The notes under the pieces are model-generated. The model searched no databases, had not been told where the DNA came from, and saw nothing but the letters and a program-made list of their open reading frames with translations. Positions 29,031 to 38,279 of a stretch of 64,000 nt of DNA are shown piece after piece. Within the stretch, counting starts at the first letter, position 1; every line of letters starts with the position of its first letter. Where the stretch lies: assembly GCA_963836185.1 (NCBI GenBank), contig CAWIIQ010000001.1, positions 256,001-320,000 on the forward strand, read 5' to 3'. This DNA comes from Candidatus Krumholzibacteriia bacterium (lineage in GTDB: Bacteria; Krumholzibacteriota; Krumholzibacteriia; Krumholzibacteriales; Krumholzibacteriaceae). The translations under genes were made by a program, and so were the position numbers.

Positions 29031-30428
29031 TCACTGCCCGTCCTTGGCAAGGCCGTATGCCTTTATCTTCTTATGGAGGTTCGTCCGCTCGAGGCCGAGC
29101 TCCTCGGCCGCCCTCGTTACGTTCCATCCGTTCCGTTCAAGGGTCCTGCGGATCATTGTCTCCTCGAGTTGCTTCTTCGCCTCCTGGATCGGCATCCCCT
29201 CGAATATCACAGTGTCATTATCCACGGGCTCGTCACCAGTCTCCGAAGCCTGGATGGCAGGGCCGCCCCGCCGGATCTCCTCGCTTACATCTCCGATCGT
29301 TATCGTCCTGCCCTGCGACATGATCACCATCCGCTCGATCTGGTTTCGAAGTTCGCGTACGTTGCCCGGCCAGCTGTATGAGGCGAGTACCTCCGAGACG
29401 CGCGGATCTATCTTCTTCAGCGGGATATCGTTCTCCACGCAGTATTCCTCGAGAAAGGCCTTCGCGAGCACCGGGATATCACCGGGATGCGAGCGCAGGG
29501 GGGGAGCGGTTACAGGTACGACGTTGAGGCGAAAGAAGAGGTCCTCCCTGAATCGCCCTGCCGCAACCTCCGCCTTAAGGTCCTTGTTTGTCGCAGCGAT
29601 GGTGCGTACATCGACCGTGATGATCCGGTCGCTTCCGACTCTCTCGACCTCGCCCTCCTGGAGGACTCGCAGCACCTTCGTCTGCACCTTGAGCGACATG
29701 TCCCCGACCTCGTCGAGAAAGATTGTTCCCCCATCGGCAGCCCTGAACTTGCCCTCTCTCGTCTTGACCGAACCGGTGTAGGCCCCTTTGACGCTTCCGA
29801 ACAGCTCCGCCTCGATCAGCTCCTCGGGGATTGCGGCACAGTTGACCTTTATGAATGCAGCGCCGGAGCGTTTGCTCCTGCGGTGGATCTCGCGGGCTAT
29901 AAGTTCCTTGCCGGTGCCTGATTCGCCAAGTATTAGAACGCGTGTCGATGTCGGGGCGACCTTCGCTACCTGTTCGAGCACGCCGGCTATATCTTTACTC
30001 GCTCCGAGCAGTTTTCTGTCCCCGAGCACACGGGATCGAAGCTTCTCGTTCTCCCTCTCGAGGGAACTCATCTCCCATGCATGCGACGATGTGAGAAGTA
30101 TCTTCTCCTTGCCGACTTCCTTCTCGAGGAAATCGAAGGCGCCGAGCTTGATCGCCTCGACGGCAAGCTCGATCGTACCCTGGCCGGTGAGTATTACGAC
30201 GGGCAGCTGGGGACGGAGGAGTTTTATCTCTTTCAGGATATCGATACCCGACATTCCCGGCATCGACATGTCGAGATACACGAGGTCGTAATCGTCGGAG
30301 CGGATCTTCGCGAGCCCGGCCTCGCCATGCTCCGCCGAATCGGGCTCCCACCCGGCTCCCTTGTGGATCATCTCCATAGTCTTGCGGATATTGGGCTCGT
30401 CATCGATGATCAGGATCTTCCCCGGCAT
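29031..30428 (-). CDS. Sigma54-dependent response regulator (NtrC/NtrX-like: REC-AAA-Fis HTH)
   Basis: ILIIDDE, LDMSMPG, GESGTGKE, ELFGSVKGAYTGS, FLDEVG, FREDLFFRLNV, WPGNVREL, HTH. Confidence 0.95.
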   Translation of the reverse strand: MPGKILIIDDEPNIRKTMEMIHKGAGWEPDSAEHGEAGLAKIRSDDYDLVYLDMSMPGMSGIDILKEIKLLRPQLPVVILTGQGTIELAVEAIKLGAFDFLEKEVGKEKILLTSSHAWEMSSLERENEKLRSRVLGDRKLLGASKDIAGVLEQVAKVAPTSTRVLILGESGTGKELIAREIHRRSKRSGAAFIKVNCAAIPEELIEAELFGSVKGAYTGSVKTREGKFRAADGGTIFLDEVGDMSLKVQTKVLRVLQEGEVERVGSDRIITVDVRTIAATNKDLKAEVAAGRFREDLFFRLNVVPVTAPPLRSHPGDIPVLAKAFLEEYCVENDIPLKKIDPRVSEVLASYSWPGNVRELRNQIERMVIMSQGRTITIGDVSEEIRRGGPAIQASETGDEPVDNDTVIFEGMPIQEAKKQLEETMIRRTLERNGWNVTRAAEELGLERTNLHKKIKAYGLAKDGQ

Positions 30429-30430
30429 CG

Positions 30431-32005
30431 CTACACTTCCTCCGTGTTATTCGTTACGGCGGGCCCGGAAAGGGGCAGCGTTATAGTGAACTTCGCGCCT
30501 CCCCGGTTCTCCGCCTTTATCGTTCCTCCGTGAAGGAGGATTATATTCTTTACCATTGCCAGTCCCAGTCCCGTGCCGCCGCGCCTCTTCGAGAACCAGG
30601 GCTCAAATACGCTGTCGAGATCCTCTTCAGGGATCCCCTGCCCGTTGTCCGCCACCGTAAGTACTGCGTTCTCTCCGACGCGCACTACACCGACCGTTAT
30701 CTCCGGCTTTGTTCCTTCGGGCATCATCCCGATCGCATTCTCGAACAGGTTTACGATGACGCGTCTCACCTGGTCGGCATCGAAGGGGAATGGGGGCGGC
30801 GCGCCGGCAGCATCGATGTCGATATCGGCCTGCGAATAAAGTGCGGCTACATCGGCGGCGAGTTTTTCGAGCGGCTGTTCCGTCGGCGTCAGTCCCGGCA
30901 TCTTCGCGAATGCCGAGAACTCGCGGACCAGCCTCTGCAGGTGGTCGAGCTCCTCGTCGACGACTCTTCCCGATTCAGACAGCAAGGCGCCGTACTCCTC
31001 ATCGCTGCCGTCGTAGCGGTCACGCATCTCCTGCACCGTCAGCCTGATCGGGAGGAGGGGGTTCTTTATCTCGTGGGCAAGATGCCTGGCGAACTCTCTC
31101 CATGCGGCCATCTTCTCGAGGTCGGTCAGCCTGCGCTGCTGCGAGTCGAGAGTTTCTACCATCTCGTTGAATCCATCGACGAGGCTGCCGATCTCTCCGC
31201 CGGTCCTGTCCGAAACGCGGACATCCCAGTTTCCGGCAGCGACCTCGGAAGTAGCGGCGGCGAGATGCTTGACCGGAGAGGCGAAACGTTCCGATATGAG
31301 CAGGGCCGCGAAGAAAGTCAGCGCAGCCACTGCGGCATATATGATCAGGAATGAAAGAAGAAAACTTTTTGTCAGCCTGTTCTCGACTGCTCGAAGCCCG
31401 GCGAATCCCTGGCCCGTCTCGACGAGTTTCTGAGCGGCAGCAATAAACGCAGGGTCCGTCCTGCCATATATGAGAAGAGTCGTATCTGTCTCAGGGTCGT
31501 TCGAGTAAAGGGCGATCATAACCGCCCTGTCTTCTGTCTCGAAGTAACGTATGCCGCCGGCATCCCTGGTAACCGGGTTGCGTTCGATGATGTTGCGGCC
31601 GGCGACAAGGGCGTTGTACTCTTCGATCGATGAGAAGCGTTCAAGGCCTTCCTGCGATCCGTCTCCTGTCAGAACGATCATGAATCCGCGTGCCCCGGGC
31701 GGATACCCGCCCGTTACTACTTCACTGATAAACGCCGTGTCTATTACTGCGGGTGAACCTGCAAGTCCGGGGCGTCTCATCCCCAGTACCTCAAGGACCT
31801 GCGACTCTTCCTCGAAATCCTCACGCAGCCTTTCGAGATATTTCCGCGAGATCGCCATTCCCCCTCCAAGAGCGTCCGACACGGAGCCGCTGAGGCCGAC
31901 ATCGAACGACCGGTCTATCATGTCGCTCACGACGAGCGAGACCGGTATCGCGGGAAGAAGGGCAAGCGTGAGGCATAAAAGGACCAGCCTTGTCCGTATC
32001 GACAT
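30431..32005 (-). CDS. NtrY-like sensor histidine kinase (HAMP-HisKA-HATPase)
   Basis: Two TM segments, HAMP, AWREFARHLAHEIKNPL.PI, NLFENA, DNGQGI, GTGLGL. Confidence 0.93.
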   Translation of the reverse strand: MSIRTRLVLLCLTLALLPAIPVSLVVSDMIDRSFDVGLSGSVSDALGGGMAISRKYLERLREDFEEESQVLEVLGMRRPGLAGSPAVIDTAFISEVVTGGYPPGARGFMIVLTGDGSQEGLERFSSIEEYNALVAGRNIIERNPVTRDAGGIRYFETEDRAVMIALYSNDPETDTTLLIYGRTDPAFIAAAQKLVETGQGFAGLRAVENRLTKSFLLSFLIIYAAVAALTFFAALLISERFASPVKHLAAATSEVAAGNWDVRVSDRTGGEIGSLVDGFNEMVETLDSQQRRLTDLEKMAAWREFARHLAHEIKNPLLPIRLTVQEMRDRYDGSDEEYGALLSESGRVVDEELDHLQRLVREFSAFAKMPGLTPTEQPLEKLAADVAALYSQADIDIDAAGAPPPFPFDADQVRRVIVNLFENAIGMMPEGTKPEITVGVVRVGENAVLTVADNGQGIPEEDLDSVFEPWFSKRRGGTGLGLAMVKNIILLHGGTIKAENRGGAKFTITLPLSGPAVTNNTEEV

Positions 32006-32664
32006 CACTCATTCCTCCCCTGGATCCTTTGTACCTGTTCCGGCGAGACGGGGCCGGCCTCGAACCATTCGCTTCTGCTCGCCGCGTCGCGGCTGCGCGA
32101 GAAGAGATGCGATATCAGGTCGTTTACGTTGAGCACCTGTTCCCTCCATGACGATCCCTGCCTGACACCGGCGCCTTCCTCTATCCAGCCTTCGACCTGT
32201 TCGCCCTCCGATCCGGAGAACGGATTGACCGCTATGCTGAACTTCACCGTGAATCTCTTTCCTTCGGTCAGCCTGGAGAAAGGGATGAGAGAAATGCCCT
32301 TGAGCCGGCTGATCATATTTTCCATGGCTTCTATCGATTCGATAGTGACAGTCGTGTCACCGTCAGAGACGGAGTAGATATCTTCCCAGACATCGTAGCG
32401 GAGCGACCATGAGTGAATTCCCTCGACCTTTACTCCCCGGCCCTTCGTCGAAAGCTGGTAGAAGAGTTCGACGACGGCGGGGAGCCCGCTTTTCACCGTT
32501 CCGGTGATCCTGTCGCTGAGCATCCCGCTGCTCGTGATATCACAGAAGAGGGTGCTGCCGTCAGTATAAATACGGGCATCTTTTATGACGGGGCGGTCCG
32601 ATGACGGGGCACGGGCGGACGCCGGCATTGCGGCAAGGATCAGCCCCGCCGTCATGACCGTCAT
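32005..32664 (-). CDS. DUF4390-like periplasmic protein of NtrY/X-type operons (5' end possibly frameshifted)
   Basis: SGLP, SLRYDVWEDIY motif; directly upstream of the kinase with TGATG coupling. Confidence 0.7.
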   Translation of the reverse strand: MTVMTAGLILAAMPASARAPSSDRPVIKDARIYTDGSTLFCDITSSGMLSDRITGTVKSGLPAVVELFYQLSTKGRGVKVEGIHSWSLRYDVWEDIYSVSDGDTTVTIESIEAMENMISRLKGISLIPFSRLTEGKRFTVKFSIAVNPFSGSEGEQVEGWIEEGAGVRQGSSWREQVLNVNDLISHLFSRSRDAASRSEWFEAGPVSPEQVQRIQGRNE

Positions 32665-32705
32665 GAATGTGCGCCCAGTCTCTCATCGTTCCTTCCAACG
32701 CCCGA

Positions 32706-34136
32706 TCAGTATGAGAATCCGATCGATCCATGTATCCTGTACGAGTCGCCCGTGGTCCCTTCACTCAGCGGAACGCCGACATCGACACCGAGCATCCCCA
32801 GCCAGGGGAGGCGCAGTCTGAATCCATATCCGAGAGAGGATTGAATGGTCGAAGTCGTCAGCGGCTCGTCACGCAGCCAGCCCTGCCCCGCATCGAAGAA
32901 GAGCAGACCGGTAAGTCTCGGAGGTTTCTGTCCCGACGGGATCAGCGGCACGCGCCATTCGAGCCCGGCTAGCCAGAATCCGTCGTTTCCGCCCGGGGGA
33001 GAGAGGCTCAGTTCCTGAAAGCCTCGTATCGAGTAGATGCCGCCTATCAAGAACTTGTCGAAGTAGGGTGTCCCGGACGAGGTGATCCCCGCCTTAAGCC
33101 GTCCGTTAATCGAACGCCAGCCGCCCGCCCCTAGATAGAACCTCGTTTCGAGAACTGCCTTCGAGAATATCTCGTCGCCGCCGAGCATCTCGGTGTTTGC
33201 CTGGAGGGAGAGGTTTGTGTATGAACCAGATCTCGGGAATGCCTGGGAGTCGCGAGTGTCGCGGATCATCCTGAACTGCAGGCCGGTGATGACGGTCTCT
33301 TTCAGATCCTGCTGCATCGACGGGGGGAGGTCGCTGCCCGTGTATTCATCGTCCGAATCGGCATCCCTGAAGGTGCTGTCCGGATCGACCTTTTCGGCAC
33401 GGAAGCCGAATGTGAATCTTGTCGTCCGTTCCTGCTTGTAGAGGAGATAGAGCTCGGTGCCGGCCCGTCCGATATTCTGCCTGAACTCCTGCTGCGCCGG
33501 CCTGTCTTCATGCGGCGGGTCACCCGGCCCGTAGAAGAGATGCTCCTGGTTGTAGATCCAGAAGCGGGCTCCCACTCCGGCGCCGTTGTCGAGAAGGCCC
33601 GGCTTCTCCCAGTCGGCGTCGATTCCGGTCAGGTGGAACCCGATCCTCACCCCGGCCCGCCACATCGAGTCGTTCCCTTTTACCGGCTGCCACCTGATGC
33701 CGGCTACGGTGAGGAACCATCCATAGATATCGTGATATCCGAATCCGGTCTCGAATGCGACCCGGCTGCGTTCATCTATTTCCATTTCCACGGCGACATA
33801 TCCGAGGCGTGAGCCGGGGCTTGTCGAGACGCGGACGTCGCGGATGAGGTGATGCGAGTGGAGAACATCGAGCCTTGCGCGGGCCAGCGCTCCGACCGTT
33901 ATTGTATCGCCCGGCCGCATCGTGAGAGCGCCGCGAAGGATCTCGTCGGGTATATGATCGTTGCCCGTGAATGTGACTCCGTCGAGCAGAAGCGCCCTGC
34001 CCGCTGGCATCGCCTGGTTCGCGGCAGAGGTCGTGTCATGCGCGGCGGCATTTCCCGATGCGGGCCAGACACAGGCCAGGAACACCGCAAAAAGCAGGAG
34101 GGGAGCGATATGCTTATTTTTCACAGGTCGTTTCAT
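32706..34136 (-). CDS. Omp85/BamA-TamA family outer-membrane protein with a single POTRA domain
   Basis: VTFTGN POTRA, DTRD..AFPRSG, IGGIYSIRGF, FFDAG, GYGFRL..PWLG...DVG, terminal GFSY. Confidence 0.88.
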   Translation of the reverse strand: MKRPVKNKHIAPLLLFAVFLACVWPASGNAAAHDTTSAANQAMPAGRALLLDGVTFTGNDHIPDEILRGALTMRPGDTITVGALARARLDVLHSHHLIRDVRVSTSPGSRLGYVAVEMEIDERSRVAFETGFGYHDIYGWFLTVAGIRWQPVKGNDSMWRAGVRIGFHLTGIDADWEKPGLLDNGAGVGARFWIYNQEHLFYGPGDPPHEDRPAQQEFRQNIGRAGTELYLLYKQERTTRFTFGFRAEKVDPDSTFRDADSDDEYTGSDLPPSMQQDLKETVITGLQFRMIRDTRDSQAFPRSGSYTNLSLQANTEMLGGDEIFSKAVLETRFYLGAGGWRSINGRLKAGITSSGTPYFDKFLIGGIYSIRGFQELSLSPPGGNDGFWLAGLEWRVPLIPSGQKPPRLTGLLFFDAGQGWLRDEPLTTSTIQSSLGYGFRLRLPWLGMLGVDVGVPLSEGTTGDSYRIHGSIGFSY

Positions 34137-34149
34137 TACAAGTGTATAA

Positions 34150-34165
34150 CGCAATAGGCGTGCCA
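34150..34165 (-). promoter_or_regulatory. Sigma54 promoter of the Omp85-DUF4390-kinase-regulator operon
   Basis: Consensus TGGCACGCCTATTGCG; IHF-like tract at ~34191-34215 and a TGT..ACA box at ~34260-34278. Confidence 0.8.
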
Positions 34166-34382
34166 TGCCCCGGATCTGGCGACCATTCTGTAACCTGTTG
34201 TATAATAACAAGTAAGTGCGACCGTAGTTGCTGATTCAATGTGATGTTATGGCCAGATGTGTGAATATTTTATACACCATTGTGCCGATGACTCAAAGAA
34301 GAAACTGGAATCACATGAGCGGGTTTTGCGTAATACATCTTAGTACAGGTGTCCAGGTGGTGACTTAAAGGGAAGGGGCAGG

Positions 34383-35399
34383 ATGAACTCCAGCAGAATG
34401 CGCATCGCGGTTACAGCAGTATTGATCCTAATATCACTCACAGGCGGCCAGGTGTTCTCCGAAGAGAAGACAGCAGGGCTAGGCCCCCCGCCGGGCAGCT
34501 ATAAAATCACCGGCTCTGAGCCTGTAAGGATCCCGTTCACGATGCATGGAAGCGACATCATGATGGAATGCGAAGTCAACGGCGTGAAGTGCCAGATGCT
34601 GATAGACAACGGCGTGCTCTGGGACGAACTGATGTTCTTCGGTAACGAGACCTGCGATTCTCTCGGTTTCGTGCTCGAAGGCGGTGGGATAAATGTCGGC
34701 GGCGCCGGTGAGGGGGAGCCCCTTATGGCCGATGGGGCCTCGGGCGTAAAGCTGAGTTTTCCCGGGATCGAATTCACCGATCAGCCTGCTGTCGTCATGC
34801 GCAAGGATGCGGGGATGGGCAACTGGTGGCCAGGCGTCGAAGGGCAGGTCAGCGCCGTATTCTTCAAGCACTTTGTGACCGAAATAGATTTCGATGAATC
34901 AGTGATAGTCCTTCACAGGCCGGAGACTTTTAAATATTCGGGAGAGGGGAAAGTGATCCCTTTGAAGCAACTGCCCGACGGCTCGTGGATGTTCCCCGCG
35001 TCGGTGCAGGTGACAAAGGAGGGCGAAACGGTTGACGGCAACCTTATCCTCGACCTCGGCCAGGGGAATGCTGTCGATCTCTATTTGGGCTCACACACGG
35101 GCATCTCGCTTCCGGCGAACGTGAAGGAAAAGATCCTTGGTTACGGGGTCCAGGGCCCGATCACGGGGCACGTAGGAGTTGCGCACAGCATCATGATTGA
35201 CGGTTATGAGCTGAGCGATGTATATGCCGGATTCACAGAACCGGACGGCCGTACAGACAACGGTCAGGTCGGGATGATCGGGATGTCCATGTTTCAGAGG
35301 TTCAAGGTCATCTTCGACTATCCCCGCGCCAGGATGATACTCGAGCCGAGTCGAAGATTCACCGAACCGTTCGACGATCCTTTCAAGCGTGTGGACTAA
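34383..35399 (+). CDS. Exported retropepsin-like aspartyl protease with two domains
   Basis: VNG...MLIDNG and LILDLGQ at the DTG positions; GMIGMSMFQRFKVIFDY. Confidence 0.75.
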   Translation: MNSSRMRIAVTAVLILISLTGGQVFSEEKTAGLGPPPGSYKITGSEPVRIPFTMHGSDIMMECEVNGVKCQMLIDNGVLWDELMFFGNETCDSLGFVLEGGGINVGGAGEGEPLMADGASGVKLSFPGIEFTDQPAVVMRKDAGMGNWWPGVEGQVSAVFFKHFVTEIDFDESVIVLHRPETFKYSGEGKVIPLKQLPDGSWMFPASVQVTKEGETVDGNLILDLGQGNAVDLYLGSHTGISLPANVKEKILGYGVQGPITGHVGVAHSIMIDGYELSDVYAGFTEPDGRTDNGQVGMIGMSMFQRFKVIFDYPRARMILEPSRRFTEPFDDPFKRVD

Positions 35400-35423
35400 T
35401 CGTCTAAGGGCCGTGCGCGACGA

Positions 35424-38123
35424 CTACCTCAGAAGGATCATCTTCTTCGTCTGCTCGAACTTTTCTGCTGTCAGCCGGTAGAAATAGACGCCGCTCGCAG
35501 CGGTTCTTCCCGATGAGTCGCTGCCGTTCCATTCCACTGTATGGCTGCCTCCGGATCGGATCCCGTCTGTCAGCGTCGTGACCAGTCTTCCCGTCACATC
35601 GTAGACGTCGATGCGGACGTGCGATCTCTCCGGCAGATAGAAGGCGATCGACGTCGACGGGTTGAACGGGTTCGGAACATTCTGGTAAAGTGTGAGGGGC
35701 ATCGCCGGCGCCTCGATCTCATCACTCTCGAAGAGGATCCTCCGGCCGCCCGATTCCTCTACCTCTATCCGGTAGAGATAGGTCACTCCCGGCTCGCATG
35801 TGCGATCCTTGACCGTAAAAGACATCCCGTCCCTCTCGAGATGAGCATCGTCGATCTCTTCGAAATCCCCCCCGGGATTCTCCGCACGCAGCACATGGAA
35901 CTCGGTCCCGTCGTCAGCCTGGGAGAGGGTCCAGTTGAGCTCTACCCATGAATCGGTCCACGACGCAGACCAGCTCTGCAGCAGGGTACCGACGTATATA
36001 TTCTCGGGCCTGAGCGTGGCAGCCGGCCCCCTGTTCCCATGAACGTCGACTGCGATGAGCTTGAAGAAATCCTGGTCGGCCGGCGTCCAGCCGGCGTCGA
36101 GAAATTCCGTATCGAATATGCTGCCCACGAAGTTCAGTCCGCCGGGAACAAAGTCCTCGGTCGCTCCCTTGTAGACCTCGTATAGCGAGAGGTCGGCCTC
36201 GGTTCCAGCGTCCCAGTACAGGTTCAGCCCGGGAGGTGCGAGGCTCTGGATGCCGCCGAAAGCGACCGGCTGCGCCGGAGACAGGTTGTCGACCGAGTAG
36301 CCGCTGTCGACCGGCGAGTCGAAGTAGAGGATCGAACCCTCCATATGGGCGGTCACGACAAAGTACTGCCACCCTGGATCGGTACCCATCGAGTCGAACA
36401 GGCTCTCAACCATCAGCGCGTACTCTTCAGCCTGACGTGCGGGGATATAGCCGACCAGTTCCCACGCCTCCCCGGCAGCGGTCTCGAGGTGTCTTACCGC
36501 GCCCACGCTGAGATCCTCGACCGGGCCGGCCTCCGCGAGCGGCATGGCCCGGCTGCTCGCTGCCATCTGGCCGGGTAGGAGCCTCCACGCCGAATAGCTG
36601 TCTATCCAGGCCTCGGGGAACGTATCGGCCTCGCTGGCCATCCACCTGAGCATCAGCCTTCCGCCCTGGTCGTTAGGTACGTCACTGACCGATGAGATCA
36701 CGGGCGGTTCGCTCAGAGGCCCGATCCCGCCATACATATTGATGCGGGAACCGAAGAGATCGAAATCGGCATTCCTGTCATCGGACCAGACGCAGTACGC
36801 GCCGCCCAGCAGGTCACTGGTCATATAAGTTCTGTCGACATCGCTGTCCTCGAAACCCGAAGTGACCTTCCGTCCCCCCGCGGTCCAGCGTGGGGTCCCG
36901 TCGTGGTCGATCTTCTGGGCATACAGTGCCATTGTGCCCTGGTCCGTGTCCCGGAAGTCATACATCAATACAATGGCGCCGCCTTCGCCGTCGGGGCATA
37001 TACATTCAGAGTAGGTCGGCCAGGAGCCGGTGCTGGCCAGGATGCCTCCGGGCCACCACAGGATGTCGCCGTCAGCATCGATTCTCTGTACAGTGGTGTG
37101 GATATCCATCCCTGCACCAAGGGTTCCGGCCACAAATCCGATTATCGCTCCCCCCTCGGTGTCTGTAGTTATTGTAGGTGGCCCTAATGTCGGTATTCCG
37201 TCAGCTATAGCCACTCCATCGGCAGCCCAGTCGCCATTGCCCCACTGATCGACCTTCTGGACGAACACTTCCTCGTCACCCGTCCTGTAATCCGTCCATA
37301 CGATTATGGCCCCCCCCGCACCGTCAGCAACCAGGGCGATGTTTCCCGGCGACGAAGGATCGGTGCACATGGCCGCTCCGGTCGCGCCCCAGGCGACGGC
37401 GCCGGTCAGATCGAACTTCTGGGCGTAGAGGTCGTTATTGCCGGACCTGTTGTCCCGGTAAGCAAGGATGAATTCTCCGCCGCCCGCCGGGATGACCGCC
37501 TGGGGGAACTGGGAGTCGGTGAGATTCGTCATCGGCTGCCCCGTTGCGCCCCAGAGACGATCGCCGTTTTCATCGATGCGCTGTCCTATTATGTCGTATG
37601 AACCGAAACGGTAATCGGACCACAGGACGATCGCTCCGCCGGCGCCGTCGGAGGTCATCAGGAGACTTTGCAGGCCGTTTATCTCGGTGAAGAGGCTGTC
37701 TCCGTTAACGGCCCAGAGAGGATTGCCATCGGGATCAAGCCTCTGGGCGAAGATCGCCATAGCCGGGCCCCGCTCATCCTGCCAGGCGACAATTGCTCCG
37801 CCCGCGCCGTCGGGCACGACCATCTGATAGCTCTGCGTACCAGTGGCGGTACAGACAGGGACGCCTCCCGCCGTCCAGGGAAGGTTCCCATCGGGATCGA
37901 GTCTTGCCGCGTAGATGTCAGGCGGGCCTCCTGTCCGCTCGTCCCTCCATGCTACGATGATCCCTCCGTCTCCGATCGTCTCCGTGATTGCCATATCATA
38001 CTCATCACCGGGCACTCCGGTTATCAGCACCCCGTTCTCCTCCCATACGGCATGGAGCGCGGTGATTCCTGTGATGACGGCGAAAAGCACAAGGACTGAA
38101 GCGACATTTGCGCGGCGTGTCAT
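35424..38123 (-). CDS. DGxGGA/DIYAQR repeat protein (paralog B) with an extra TLLQ domain and FlgD-Ig CTD
   Basis: Start at ATG 38123 after GGAGG, signal peptide; same repeats as paralog A; DSGYSVDNLSP; QNVPNPFNP...KKMILLR. Confidence 0.85.
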   Translation of the reverse strand: MTRRANVASVLVLFAVITGITALHAVWEENGVLITGVPGDEYDMAITETIGDGGIIVAWRDERTGGPPDIYAARLDPDGNLPWTAGGVPVCTATGTQSYQMVVPDGAGGAIVAWQDERGPAMAIFAQRLDPDGNPLWAVNGDSLFTEINGLQSLLMTSDGAGGAIVLWSDYRFGSYDIIGQRIDENGDRLWGATGQPMTNLTDSQFPQAVIPAGGGEFILAYRDNRSGNNDLYAQKFDLTGAVAWGATGAAMCTDPSSPGNIALVADGAGGAIIVWTDYRTGDEEVFVQKVDQWGNGDWAADGVAIADGIPTLGPPTITTDTEGGAIIGFVAGTLGAGMDIHTTVQRIDADGDILWWPGGILASTGSWPTYSECICPDGEGGAIVLMYDFRDTDQGTMALYAQKIDHDGTPRWTAGGRKVTSGFEDSDVDRTYMTSDLLGGAYCVWSDDRNADFDLFGSRINMYGGIGPLSEPPVISSVSDVPNDQGGRLMLRWMASEADTFPEAWIDSYSAWRLLPGQMAASSRAMPLAEAGPVEDLSVGAVRHLETAAGEAWELVGYIPARQAEEYALMVESLFDSMGTDPGWQYFVVTAHMEGSILYFDSPVDSGYSVDNLSPAQPVAFGGIQSLAPPGLNLYWDAGTEADLSLYEVYKGATEDFVPGGLNFVGSIFDTEFLDAGWTPADQDFFKLIAVDVHGNRGPAATLRPENIYVGTLLQSWSASWTDSWVELNWTLSQADDGTEFHVLRAENPGGDFEEIDDAHLERDGMSFTVKDRTCEPGVTYLYRIEVEESGGRRILFESDEIEAPAMPLTLYQNVPNPFNPSTSIAFYLPERSHVRIDVYDVTGRLVTTLTDGIRSGGSHTVEWNGSDSSGRTAASGVYFYRLTAEKFEQTKKMILLR

Positions 38124-38279
38124 GGCACGGCCTCCCTTGAATGTGGAACTGGTTTTGCCTTTTGTGAGAGCGGATGCAGTATAGCATAAGGCGCAGAAAG
38201 GTGAAAACAATTCTGTCTTGTCCGCCAGTGCCGAATAAACATTCCTGTTATATCCTCTGAAAATGCTAGAATATAGAGG

